From the NCBI GenBank assembly GCA_907165135.1, contig OU015566.1:12090001-12154000 (forward strand): a stretch of 64,000 nt of DNA, given 5' to 3'. Source of the stretch: Oikopleura dioica (taxonomy: Eukaryota; Animalia; Chordata). The translations under genes and the position numbers were made by a program. This document shows, one piece after another, positions 1 to 12,063 of the stretch. Under the pieces are notes generated by a model. That model worked only from the letters and a program-made list of their open reading frames with translations. It was not told where the DNA came from and ran no database searches. Every line of letters starts with the position of its first letter. Position 1 is the first letter of the stretch.

Positions 1-48
1 CTTACTTCGGAGACAAGTCAACACCCGCCAATTTGAAGGTAACTTTAT

Positions 49-333
49 TTAAGCAAGCATATTAGTTAGATCTTTTTTGAATCCAAGTTTGCCAGTCATT
101 CTGATTAATCTCGGTAGTTCCATACACTGTTGAGTAATTTTATCGTACTCCAGGGGAGTGGGGTCCCGGTCCAATCCTTTCAGATATTCTGAATAAAAAT
201 TAATTCTTGAAAAAAGAATACTCCTACCTTCTTCGCAGCGAAAATATAAATCGTGTGCAATAGTAACTCTTTCGCTCATAATTCCTGCGTTTGCTAATCC
301 AGCAATAGATGATAAGATTGTGGAAAATTTCAT
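49..333 (-). CDS. Small orphan, probably secreted protein (94 aa)
   Basis: Single ORF MKFSTILSSIAGLANAG... with signal-peptide-like N-terminus. ATG context ttcagcaaaATG includes a possible trans-splice acceptor. No family recognised. Confidence 0.45.
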   Translation of the reverse strand: MKFSTILSSIAGLANAGIMSERVTIAHDLYFRCEEGRSILFSRINFYSEYLKGLDRDPTPLEYDKITQQCMELPRLIRMTGKLGFKKDLTNMLA

Positions 334-699
334 TTTGCTGAATTTGAGCTCTCAGCATCTTATATACCATCGTTTTATTTGTCTGACAAGTATTTATATT
401 TTTAAATATGCATTCCGCTCTTACATGCTATAAAAATTGGACAGGTAGCATCTCTTAGACGTTGAAAAAGCAATATTGCTTTTGTAACCCATGTTCAGTA
501 TCGACTTGCGTTTTGCTAACATGGGATAGTTTCCTACATGCTTTCCAATACCAACCCCAACATTTCCTGACAGTGAAAGCAAGTAGAAAAGCTTTGAGTA
601 AACTCTAACACATAGCGTTGTTTCAGTCTGACAGCTATTTTGACAGCTAAGCAATCATAAGTCCTCTCAAACTCTTCACGCCATCACTTGAAATTTCAG

Positions 700-981
700 G
701 AGTCTCTCAAAGCCAACGATGAAGTCGAGCGAATCCGTCGAGCGCACATGAACGACATGGAGAACATTTACCCCTTCATTCTCATCGGCTTTTTCTACTG
801 TCTTACAGATCCGAATTCGAACACCGCCAAGTTCCATTTTATAACATTCTTGATCGCGCGAGTACTGCACTCCATTGTCTACATTAACGCTATCAAGCAG
901 CCTGCGCGGGGTATTTGTTTCTTCGTGGGAATTCTTGTCAATGCGTCCATGATTTTTCAATCGATCGCTCACTACATGTAG
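700..981 (+). CDS. MGST1: Microsomal glutathione S-transferase 1 (MAPEG family), 3' exon only
   Basis: After acceptor tttcag (699): ESLKANDEVERIRRAHMNDMENIYPF...ARVLHSIVY...QPARGICFFVG matches the MGST1 VERVRRAHLNDLEN motif. The 5' exons were not found in the window. Confidence 0.9.
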   Translation, partial: ESLKANDEVERIRRAHMNDMENIYPFILIGFFYCLTDPNSNTAKFHFITFLIARVLHSIVYINAIKQPARGICFFVGILVNASMIFQSIAHYM

Positions 982-1708
982 AGTCTACATTGTAGGCCCC
1001 AACACAGGCATCTTCAATAATTATCTATGATTAACAATCCACCATTATCCATTTAAAGCCTAAGCTTCGTAAATATTTACTCGACTGATAAAGACCGAAT
1101 TCTTCCTTGATTCCTGAAAAGAACGAAGTCAGGCAAAATAAATTCCAATACACGAAACTCTTTTATTATCATTCTATTTGGCAGGTACCGGAAATTGATA
1201 AGCAAAATTGCATTTGCATTGTGGCGATGGACACCCTTGATCGGCACACTATCATTCTGAAAGCTGCTTCGATAAACAGATCCAGGCTTAACATAAGTTA
1301 AACAATAGCGTCTTTTGTGCTAAGCGCTAACCAAATGGCCCAGGTAAAAAGAGGTTCCCTAGGGCACACCCAGGGAAACACACAGTTCTTCTGGGCACAC
1401 ACTGTGCTACTAAACGGTAAGCAATTACTTCAATATTGAAATGCCCAAACACTTGCGCCTCCAGTGTACTTTAACTTAGTAACGCGCTATTTGGACCGAG
1501 ATTATGATCACACAATTAAAAAGTGCTATGAAAACATAGAGAAACATGTATATTACAGAGAGTTTCTAGAACACGAGGAAATGAAGACTGTTTGTAAAAA
1601 GTAGGAATCAGTTTAAAAAGTGTCTTCAAATGGAACGGCTGCCAGGAAAGGGTCCATTTTTCAATAAAAATGGGTCGCTTTGATTTCAAAATATTTTCTT
1701 GCCTATAA

Positions 1709-4307
1709 ATGAGCCCTGATAAAGTTTTCGTGCGCCTTCGGCCAACTGAGGCTGTTCAGGCTGTTAAAAAGGCAAAAAACTGTGTTGTAATCGAAGATGA
1801 ATGCGAGTTCGAGGCAACCGGCGTCCTCGACAATGCTTCCCAAGACGAGACTTTCAAAGCTGTTGGTCGTCCTCTGGTTGAAGCAACTCTTCGAGGAATT
1901 TCTTCAACTCTTCTAGCTTACGGTGGCATCGGATCGGGCAAGACCTATTCCCTCTTTGGCGGAAAAGTCAATCACGAGCGCGGCATCATCCCTCGAGCGC
2001 TGGAAATGATCGTTCAGAAGATGGGATCGGCTCAGATCCAAGTCTCTGCTTATGAAGTCAGATCTACGGATCACATTGTTGATCTATTAACACCAGGGCC
2101 CATTGACTTGGTTACGTGTACTGTTGGCGGGCAGCTTAGAGATATTTCAAGCTACCCGTTGAAAGATGGTCAATCTGTCAGGTGCGTTTTTTATTCATTT
2201 TCATTTTTCATAAGTTTTTCTGAAGGGACATCATGAAACTGATCGAAACCAACCGAACAATCAATAGTCACCAAATGACTTCAATAACGATACTCCAGCA
2301 CGATGAAGCCGCGGGAGAAACGATCAAATCTCAACTTCTCTTTGTTGATCTTGCATCTGCGGGCCGGAACTCGGTAGTGTCTCGGCAACTGTCTCTTCTC
2401 GAGCACGTTGTTGTTACACTTGGCTGCAAGCGGGTATGTTAATGTTTAATATTGAAGAAGTTGACTCTAATGTGAAAATAGGGAACGCGAGTGCCATACA
2501 GAGAATGTCGCCTTACTCACACTCTCCAGGCCTCTTTATCTTCCGAAACAAACACAGCCCTCCTGTGTACTCTTCAACCTGACAAGAAACTTTTGTCAGA
2601 AGCTCTGGCAACAATCCGATTCGCTTCCAGAGCCTCAAAGATGCCAATCTCCCGAGAAGTCCGTGACCGCGCGCCAGATCCATTCCTCAAGGTTGCAGAA
2701 CTCAACAAGGAAATAGAAACTTTGAAGAGAGAGCTATCCGTTCAATCGCTACTTACTCGCGGCAAAAGCACAATGGGTGAGTACTTTTTCCCTGTCTCAA
2801 TTTGCTGCTGAATTTCTGAGTGGCTTGACATTTTGGCGTTATCACAACGATTAGGGCCTTCACTATGAACGTAGTAAAAGTTCAGTTCCTCAAATTTGCC
2901 TTGGTGTCATTGAAGTCTTCCGTGTTTACCTTGTCTCTTCCGGCTTTTTGCTGATGTTTAACTTTAGGCATCGAGCCGTTGAACGCGAATCAGATTGCAG
3001 AAGCTCAGCGACAAGTGGAAGGTAAGCTCTTTCTTTAATTTTTAGCTGATGTTTCGAAAAAAGTAACGTCATAAAGGCGGCTAACAAAGCTCCTTTTATA
3101 TGCTCTTTTCAGAATATCTCGCTGGCGGGCAGTACCCTGATGTGATTTCAAACAGACAACTCTGCGCCGTATTTACAGCCTTTAAACAAGTCCTCGCGAA
3201 GGTATCCGAAGAGATGAAGCCGAAAGGAGCGCCCACACCAGTTGAAGATACAAAAGGAAATAAAAGTGCAAAGACAAGTGCTAAAGGTATTAATAGCCTA
3301 AAAAAACTGTTATAATTTTTCATCTCATACATTTTTAACGTTTATTGAAAACAAAATTGGATGAAAATTCATGGTTTAGTGACCAGACCAGCATCAAGAG
3401 CCTCTGTGAAGTCAAGGCTGAGCGGGAGTAAGAAAACTATTTCGAAAGAAATTTTGGAATACCAAAATTTATCACAAATCAAATGATCGAATAATTTTTA
3501 GTCGTCAAAAAAAAAAATAATTTTCGCTAAATTCTGATCTTGTTTTTAGGAAATTCTGGAAAGCAGAAGAACGATGCTGATGATAAACCAGAAACTCCTA
3601 CCCCTAAGTCTGCCAAGAGAGGAGATAAAGGCAAAAACGACAAAAAAGAAGCTTTGGATAAACGAGCATCTGCTTCGAAGGTCGCGCCTCAGACTGAGTC
3701 CACCCTCAGTGATGAAATCGAAAAAGATGCTGGCGCGGATGAACATCCTGAGCCGCCAGAGAAGTAAAGATCCTCTTTTTCTGACCGTTATTGAAATTTT
3801 TGTTTAGGCAAGTGTCGTATAAAATGTTCCGCGAAGGAGAGGGACGAGTTGTGGTCCGACTCTTGCGCGATGCCGAAGTCCAAGCCATTAATTTGGAAAA
3901 AGTCTCACAGGAACAAGCCGAAATTTATAATGACAGGATAAAGATCCGAAACGAACTCAAGGTAAACGATTATAGCCGATATTATCTAACATAAATTCAG
4001 CGCAAAGTCAGAAATACTCCTGATGAAGTACTCCCCGATGGCCGCCCCGTCATTACTGAGGATAAATTAGCTGATATTCTCAAGCTTAAGAGTTTAAAAC
4101 AGGAGCTCACCGACGCGGAGAAAAAATTCCATGTGTCAAAGGCTAAGGCTGAATACTGCCGAGATCAGGCGAGAAAGGTACCTTTGTAATTGTTTTACAG
4201 GATACTTTACTTTTTGATAGATCGCAGAACGAGTCGTCATTGAATTCGCCGAGTGGGAAAAAAGAACCTTCGGACTTGAAAGCAAAACTCCAGCTCAGGA
4301 AGCATGA
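1709..4307 (+). CDS. KIF9: Kinesin-9 family KIF9-like protein with degenerate motor domain (multi-exon)
   Basis: VFVRLRP start, GGIGSGKT P-loop, MPYRECRLTHTLQASL, neck KEIETLKRELS..., IEPLNANQIAEAQRQVE..YL..., tail VVIEFAEWEKRTF. GT-AG introns join the exons in frame. Stop TGA at 4305-4307. Confidence 0.8.
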
Positions 4308-4423
4308 AGACCTCACTTGTAAAGAACTCTCTTCTTTCTGACTCATTGTATATGCACATCTTCATATTTTTACAATAAGAGCTATATTTTTATAAAAATA
4401 TCTCATCTATTTCAAATGTCAGA

Positions 4424-7400
4424 ATGTCGATTTCGGATGATGCTCCAAATATGGTCGTTTCTGGTGAGACCACGCTCTCCGAATCGATGAGGATGATATC
4501 GCCCTTGTCGTCAGCAGGTGGCCAAAGAAAGAAGAAGCCAAGGACTCCGAAATCGACTGCTTCGACCCCCGCTCTGTTCAATTCGAATGTGCCGTCAGAG
4601 AAACCAGCGGACAAAGATGGTTTGCTCAACATTGCCGGTATCTTCCAGTCAATTTTCCCAGACTTGTCAGAGAACAGGTAAGCGTACTCTTCCATGATTT
4701 CAATAACGTTTTCCAGCCTTGGAGAAAAACGAAGAATTCTCCTGAAACAAGCTGAGACTTATGACCAACTGAAGAAAGTCGACAAGAAGAAGCCGAAAAA
4801 GGGAGCAAAGGAGAGTGCGATGGTTCAAAACATCATTCAAAACGACGTGGATACGGATGAAGAGTGGCGACGGGAGATGCTTGAGTACTTACGCAACGCG
4901 ACAAACGAGTACGAAGAGCATGAAAAAAACCTCACCCGAGCTGAACAGTATATCACTGAAGCTCGTGGTCGAGCAGCCGCTTCCGAAAAGCGTAGCCGTC
5001 CAAATAAATTGACGCCAATTCAAGATTCTGTTTTGCCCAATTTCTTTGATGAAAAAGCATTCGCAGGCGCGCATTTGCCAAGCTCAATTTTACTCCCATC
5101 GCAATTTTATCCACCAGAGCCAGAGCAGGATGAAACCACGATTCCGAAAAAGACCCCCAAGTATCTCGAAGGAACGCAGAACACGAAAGCGAATGCAAAA
5201 TCAAGAAGAAATGTCCCTAAGGTCGTCTATTCTTTTGAATATGAGTCGCAGCTTTCTTCTGATTACAAGCCTTCCCCGACTAAGAAAGCTCAACGACCAA
5301 AAGCTGAAGTCAAGGATCGTCCGGTCAAGCCAATGACGGAACCATCTGTTACATGCCGTGGCCTATCCCGCAACGACGAAGAAGAACACCGACGACTAGC
5401 TAATCAAGTCAAAAAGATGCAGCAAGAGCAGTTCGATTTCCTCAAGAATCCACGAAGCGAGGCTCCGGTCAGAGAAGATGTCTTCGTCGCTGACCCTCCA
5501 GAGATCTACTTTAGACAGTGGGAGGTCGGCATGGTATTGGAAACAATTGTCGAAGTCAGAAATCAAGATAAAGTCACGCGAACCTGCACTGTGCTGCCTC
5601 CGGAGCATCCTGCGTTTCATCTTGGACTTGGAAGATATCCTTCTAAGGATGGGCGTATTGGACCTGGATTGTCAGTTTCTTACAGAGTCCAGTTTATGCC
5701 CGAGACCCTTTCCGATGAAGAGACCCACCTTGAAGTTCGTCACCAAGCAGGATCCTTCAAGATCCCGATCAAAGCGATTCGCGACAAGCCAGTTCTTGAA
5801 TTCCCAGAACCAATCGACACCGGATACTGTCTGGTCAACGGATCGCTTGAGCAATCGATAATGGTCAAGAACAAGGGTGGGGTTGGCCGATTCTGCCTTG
5901 TAAAAAAGTCCGACTGGCCAAGTGCAAACTATAGACAGTCGTTACAGGCAAATTACCATACGATCGGCCCGTTTACTATCACCCCCGTCATGTGGCTGGA
6001 TGAGTTGGCAACAGGACAGTCAAAGGAGCTAAGAGTACTGTTTGCGCCGAAGGCACCTGGTGCATTTGAAGAGAGCCTGCTTCTTACGTGCGATAACTGT
6101 CAGACAAAAGAAATAACGATCAAGGGAGTTGCCGAAGAAGTGAATGTGAAAGTGTCAGTCGAGAGTACTGAGCGTAAAATCGGCGACCTATTCGATCCCT
6201 TTTCAACGGATAGAATCAAATTCCAGGATATCAATCCACGATCTTCCAGCACCGTCACTTTCGAAATCGCTAATGATTGTCATTTGCCGTTATCGTTTGG
6301 CTTGGCACTTAAACAACCAGATCTCGTTGCGTATACAGATGAAGAGACGACGCAAAGGACGCATAGAATAGAAGATAATACATCCCCATTCTTTGCGAAT
6401 ATCCCGACTGGAACCATTGCTCCTCATGAACGCCTTCAAATTGAACTTACATTCGCGCCGGAAGAAGTTGGATCATTCCACAGCGTTTTCGAAGTGGTGG
6501 TCTTGGATATTCCTGGTTACAATCGATATCTAGCCGCAGAAGTTGAAGTTGTTGGAAAATGCATTCCTATTGTTGGAAGTATTCTACCACCGATGATGGA
6601 TATTGCTGGGGAAATCCCTGCCGGATTGAGACTAAAAAGACAGTTTCAAATGATCAACATGTCATTGGGTGACTTGAGCTTCCAGTGGGAAGTCAAAAGT
6701 GGACCTTGTTCTATTGAGCCTTCTTTTGGTACGATTCCTGGACGACAGATGGCTCCTCTTCAACTCTGCGTCGAAGCCGAAACGCCCGGTCCGATGGCTG
6801 AAAAGCTCGTCTGCTACATAGATAATGGCGATCCGATAGAACTCGACGTCCGCGCCGTCATCAAGCCACCGCTGATAAAAATCGACCAGCCGAATCTGCA
6901 ATTTGGAATCGTCGAAGTCGGCAAGAAAATGATTACTACATTTACGATTGACAACAGGAACCCAGTACCCGCACCATGGAGTATTACCATCAACCATCCA
7001 GATGTGCGAACGAGTGTAACATCTGGAACGCTTGGACCCCTGGAAGAGATTGAAATTCAAGCCATTTGGGCGCCTAGCTCAGAGTATTCTCTCGAAGGAT
7101 CGGGACTGAAGATTTCCTCAGCTAATAATATCTCCTTGGACTTTTACGGCGACTCGCTGAAACCAGTTGTGAATTTTACAGTGCGAAAATTGGACATCGG
7201 TGAAATCTACGTTGGCGTCGCGGAAAAGTTTTCAGTCGAATTGGAGAACGTATCCCTTGTTCCTGCTCATTTCCAGCTCATCCCAGCTAACTTCCTTCCA
7301 TGCGTTCCAGAAGGAGTTGAATTCTACTTCTCCTCTTCATCCGGTGTACTGGAGTCAAAAGAAAAAATACAAATAGAAGTGGAAATCATCGGTAGAAAAG

Positions 7401-9559
7401 CAATCATCTTTAAAGACTTCATCCTTGCGTGCGAAATATTCAACAGTAATAATCCAACATTTATCGAAATCGCCGGTCAGGTTCAGCCACTTGCCGTTCA
7501 AACTTGGACAAGCTACTCCAGTGATCAATTGAAGCTAAAATTCCCAATCGGAAAGTTGTCAGCCCAAAAGATCTTCATCAAAAATCTGACCGCAATCAGA
7601 AGTTCAATCGAAGTCAAACCGAAACTATTGAAGGGCAAGAATCCAAAGATTAGACTTCACACAAACGAGTTTGACTATATTCCCGCGGCGGAGAAAGAGA
7701 AATATCAACTCCTTAGAATTGGATCGGCATCCTTGGCGACAGAAACGTCCCTGACTTATCGTGAATTCGGAAAAGAGATGCACAGTGGGTCGAAGTTCGG
7801 CGCTTCAATTATCTCATATCCTGAGAGCTGCGAATTGGGACCATTTGAGACGAAGGAAGTAGACATCATCGCCAGTGGAAACTCGTGGGGAACATACAAG
7901 GTAATTTTTCGTGTTGCGTGAGATCAGTAGTTGTTTTATGTGAGGTTTGATTACACGGGCCGAGGCCTCAAAATTGCAGGAACACATTTGACATCATTTC
8001 TGCCTACGATATTCTCAAATTTTGTCCGAGAGCTCAAATCTTATTGGTTCTTATGGTCTTTCTTTAGGACAGCATTCTCATAAATATCGGCGAACTCGAT
8101 CCGGTTGAAATCGCGATAACAGCAACGATAGATGATGTTCCAATAACTGTTCCTTCTCCAATCGTACGCCTCGGAAAGATGCCGCTTGGAGCAAAAGATC
8201 CAGTCAAGAGAACCACGCCGATCACAAACAAGGCGAATCACCCTGTCTCTGTTCGATTTTATGTTCTTTCTGAATTCGACTACTCCGAGTTCAAGAGCAG
8301 CGGCATTATTCCAGGAGAGTTGGATGAGGATCAAGAAGTTCAGTTTGAAAACGATCCGTCTCCGTGGCCGGTGAAAAGACAAGCTGTCAATTTTACCGTC
8401 CCAGATATGCTTAATTTCAAGCCAAAACAAAGTCTCACGTAAGAAAGGATAATAGAAAAAGTCCTTTATCATCGTTTTAGTCTTCCCATTGAATTTGAAC
8501 AACACGAAAACCAACAGCCTGGAGAAATCTCTGCCTATGTCATCGGCATCTTGAGTCTGCCCCTGAAAGCCCGTGGTGATGGTGAAAACTTCTACAGAAA
8601 GACTGGCACTTTTGGACCAGCTTTTGAGCTCAATCTTAGAGCATCTCTTGACTGGGCGAGCTTCCAAATCGAACAAATTGCTGCTCCAGATGTAAGTTCT
8701 TTAGCTAATGCTTGTTTATTCAAATTATTGTTTAGTTTATTGAAAACTCTGCTGATATCATTAGCGGAAATTACGAAAGAGAAAAGCAATTTTCCGTTTT
8801 CAACACATCTGGAATGGCTGCAAGTCTTCACCTAACAATCGAGAAGCCATTTTTGGTAAGATTTTTTTTTTGATTTTTTACTGATTAAAATTCTAGCTCA
8901 ATGGAGATCTATCTGAAAAGACAATTAGTCTCAAGCCAAATACCCGCGAAGTTCTGACAGTAAATCTGGCAATCCCGGACGAAGTTATTTACCAGCAAAA
9001 GCCAAACGAATACTTTTCCTTCGATGAGGAGAGTCATACGATGTCTGCGACTGGAGAGCTTCGAACTGTTGGTTTGTCGAAGAATGAAACGATTCTGTGC
9101 AGAGCGAGAATTTCGTATCCGATCGTAAAGGTCAACAAGACAGAGTTTGACTTTGGAACTTGCTTTTTGGGAGATGTTTTCAAGGTAAAAATTTAACATA
9201 AATCAACAGCTTTGAAAATCGTTCTAGCTCGACATCTGCATGGATAATTTATCAAGCTGCGCAACTCCTTTCCAATTCATCCCACTGGAAAAGAGCAACT
9301 TCTCCGTGTCACCTATTTCTGGTACTCTTGAAGGAGGAAAAGTGCTCACCGCCGAGATCAGCTTCCAAGCAGACTGCGAGATTGGCTACGCTGGTTCTTT
9401 CGAGCTTCATTTTTCGAACAAAGTCGTGAAATTCTCCTGCCGCGGCGCTGGTACCCTCGATTCTGCATATTGTAACCAGTTCAATTAATTCTGATTATTT
9501 TTCTTTTTATACCTAATAAACTATATTTTTATAAACAAGACAATTTCCGGAGATTGTAG
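4424..9559 (+). CDS. DLEC1: DLEC1/CFAP81 ciliary central-apparatus protein (Hydin-like Ig/ASH repeats)
   Basis: Exon 4424-4677, a giant exon 4718-7900 (FLKNPR, GRIGPGLSVSYRVQFMPETL, DTGYCLV) and further exons ending ...CRGAGTLDSAY, like the DLEC1 C-terminus. The stop is either 9488 (read-through of the last donor) or 9559 (spliced). Confidence 0.85.
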
Positions 9560-10730
9560 ACGAGAATAGTTTCATCGAAAAGGAAGTTATCTTAGACAAT
9601 AAGTTTAAGGCGTTTCTTGTTATATTATAATTATGAAAGGTCCCACAGGTTTATCACCTTTATTTGGCCTGATCTTCACGGTTTAGCAGCATGAAAGGCA
9701 TGAGGTCATAAGGAAGGTTTCCCGTCAAAATTAGAACATGTGAGAAGGGGGCGGTGGACCTTGCCGTCCGGTATCATTCCGATGGGACCATATCTATTTG
9801 GACTTGTGGTCAGCAACTTGTCAGACCAAATGTCAATGTAGGTCATTTTCGGTTAGAACTGAGAACTTTTCATACTGACTAATTTGGGGAATTATATTTA
9901 TTTAATGCTGGCCCAGGATTCGTGGGTCACGGTCGGAATATATTCATGTCCTCTTATCAAAGAGTTCCAGACTGATTATCTTTCTGACAGTAAGATATTG
10001 CTGATGTTAATTTATCACTGTCCGCGCCCCTCACATGCATGTTATTTTTCCTCCTCCTCATGACCCCCGGCAACTTGCATTTACGTCAATGAATTGCAAC
10101 GCAAATATTTCACAGAGAAACCGAACTCAGCAACTCTCACTTGCCCGATCTTTTTAGAAATTGGGATGAGGTTTAAAGTTTTAATCCCTTAATGGAACCT
10201 GAACATTCAAGTTTATGAGAACAGGCCATATGAAAGTTAAATTTCCTTTGTATAAATAGCTAATCGACCTATGATCGGATGCACTCGGAGAGAGATTATT
10301 TCGATAACCAAGCTGTCTTAATGACTTTACGAGCATTTTAATTCGGCGCTACGAGAAGCTTCGATCGCCCTCGGATGCGCCTTTAAAAACTCGGATCCCA
10401 AGCTACCTCGCTCACTAGAAAACTATCTCAAAAAGAAGTTGTTAGAATTTTCTTTCTCTGACGTAAATTTCCACTTGCCACCTACGTCCACTTGAGGATT
10501 ATCCTGGGCATTTCGTCAAGCATTGAACTCGCTATTGAAATAATAGAGAACTAAATTGAAGATTTTAAAATAATAAATCAGGTTAGACATCTTTTTCATC
10601 ATATAATCTAAAAGCATTTAATTAAAAGAAACGAATAATTTTCTTTACCTTATTTGATCAATTGTTTTTTCTACACAAAAGCGTTTACAGTACATTTCAA
10701 ATAAAATTTATAATATAGTATTTATAGACA

Positions 10731-11931
10731 ATGGAAGTCGAAGGAAGCCTTGCCGGGCGCGAGTTAGTTTCGCTGCCGCAAAGTCTTTTCTCCCGGATTG
10801 CGATAAAATCGTTGGATCTCTCCAGGAACCAAATCCATGAAGTCCCAATTGAGCTCAGCCACTTGCTCAATCTGAAGACTCTCAACTTGTCAAAGAACAA
10901 GTTGGATGATAAATCCTTCCCGCCTGTTTTGGAGAATCTTGTCTTTCTTGAAGAACTCAATTTGGCCGGGAATAATCTTACTGAAATTCCCAGCTTTGTG
11001 CTTCATCTTCCAAGACTAAAGGTTAGTTCTACCATAGAAGCTTAAATAAACGATTGATTAGGTACTGAAGCTGGCTGAAAACAAAATCACATACATCCCT
11101 TCCGCACTCTCAAAAGTCACCACCCTAGAACGACTCTACCTCGGCGACAATCAACTTTCTTCAATCCCTCCCAAGGTGATTTATCTAGAAAACGATGTGT
11201 TCCCAACAGCTAAATTAGAGGTTTTAGATCTCCGACTTGACAAATTTGCGACTTCTCTCGCTCGCCAATAATAAAATCACCAACGTCCCGGAGACAATGA
11301 AAGATATGGAGAATTTAATATGCCTCCAGTTACATAACAATCGCATCAACTTTTTGCCACGAGGAATTGTCGATTTACAGAATCTTGAGGACATATCTCT
11401 TCGGTAAGAAACTTCATCAATGCCCTCCTATAAATCTCCTTTCAAGAGGAAACCCGTTGATCAACCGTTTTGTCCGAGAGATCACTTACTCCCCACCTTC
11501 CCTTCTCGAGCTTGCCGGACGATCAGTGATACACCATCAACTCGACTTTTCAAAGCTTCCCGTAGTTCTGAAACAACGCCTCTCCCATGCCAAGTGCTGC
11601 CCGAATCCAAACTGCGATGGAGTCTATTTTGATGACCTCTATCGACAGGTACACTTTTTCCCAAGAAATCAAAGGTCATCAGAATTTTCTTTTAGATAAA
11701 ATTTGCTGATTTCTGTGGTCGATATCGAATGCCCTTGCTTCAATTTTTATGCTCGCCGCAGTGCATGATGCCGGAAACTGACGACTCGAGGTAAAAAAAA
11801 AGATACAAACACGCCTATTTTCGAAATTTAACAACGTCAATCTTTCATCAATGATTAAAAACAATTTTAGTGCTTCTACCGACGACGAAAGCTATAATCC
11901 ACGAACAATGAGAAGGGTTCTTCTTGGATAG
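10731..11931 (+). CDS. LRRC58: Leucine-rich repeat protein 58
   Basis: LRRs (LxxLxLxxN) followed by PPSLLELAGR, CPNPNCDGVYFD, IKFADFCGRYRMPLLQFLCSP and terminal MRRVLLG*, typical of LRRC58. Five GT-AG introns. Confidence 0.9.
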
Positions 11932-12063
11932 GATCCAGCGATTTTTGCCACTTTCTTATTTACTGTACCGGATTTTTCTGTATTTGCAATAAAATAATTG
12001 ACGTTAAAATGCAGCCCTGAAAGTCATGAAATAGATAGCGCTACTCACAAAATATATGCTAGA

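Noticed and set aside
196-432. Plus-strand AFANP peptide resembling MGST1 VFANPED
   Set aside because: Flanking residues do not match MGST1 and it is the antisense of the 49-333 ORF signal peptide; treated as coincidence.
8041-8676. Long antisense ORFs over DLEC1, BI-1, AtuA (27528-28070) and pol (48800-49234)
   Set aside because: Shadow ORFs on the opposite strand of well-supported coding sequence.
9600-10550. Exon-like stretches between DLEC1 and LRRC58
   Set aside because: Several short open frames on both strands, but I could not assemble a consistent spliced ORF. Unresolved rather than disproved; RNA-seq would decide.
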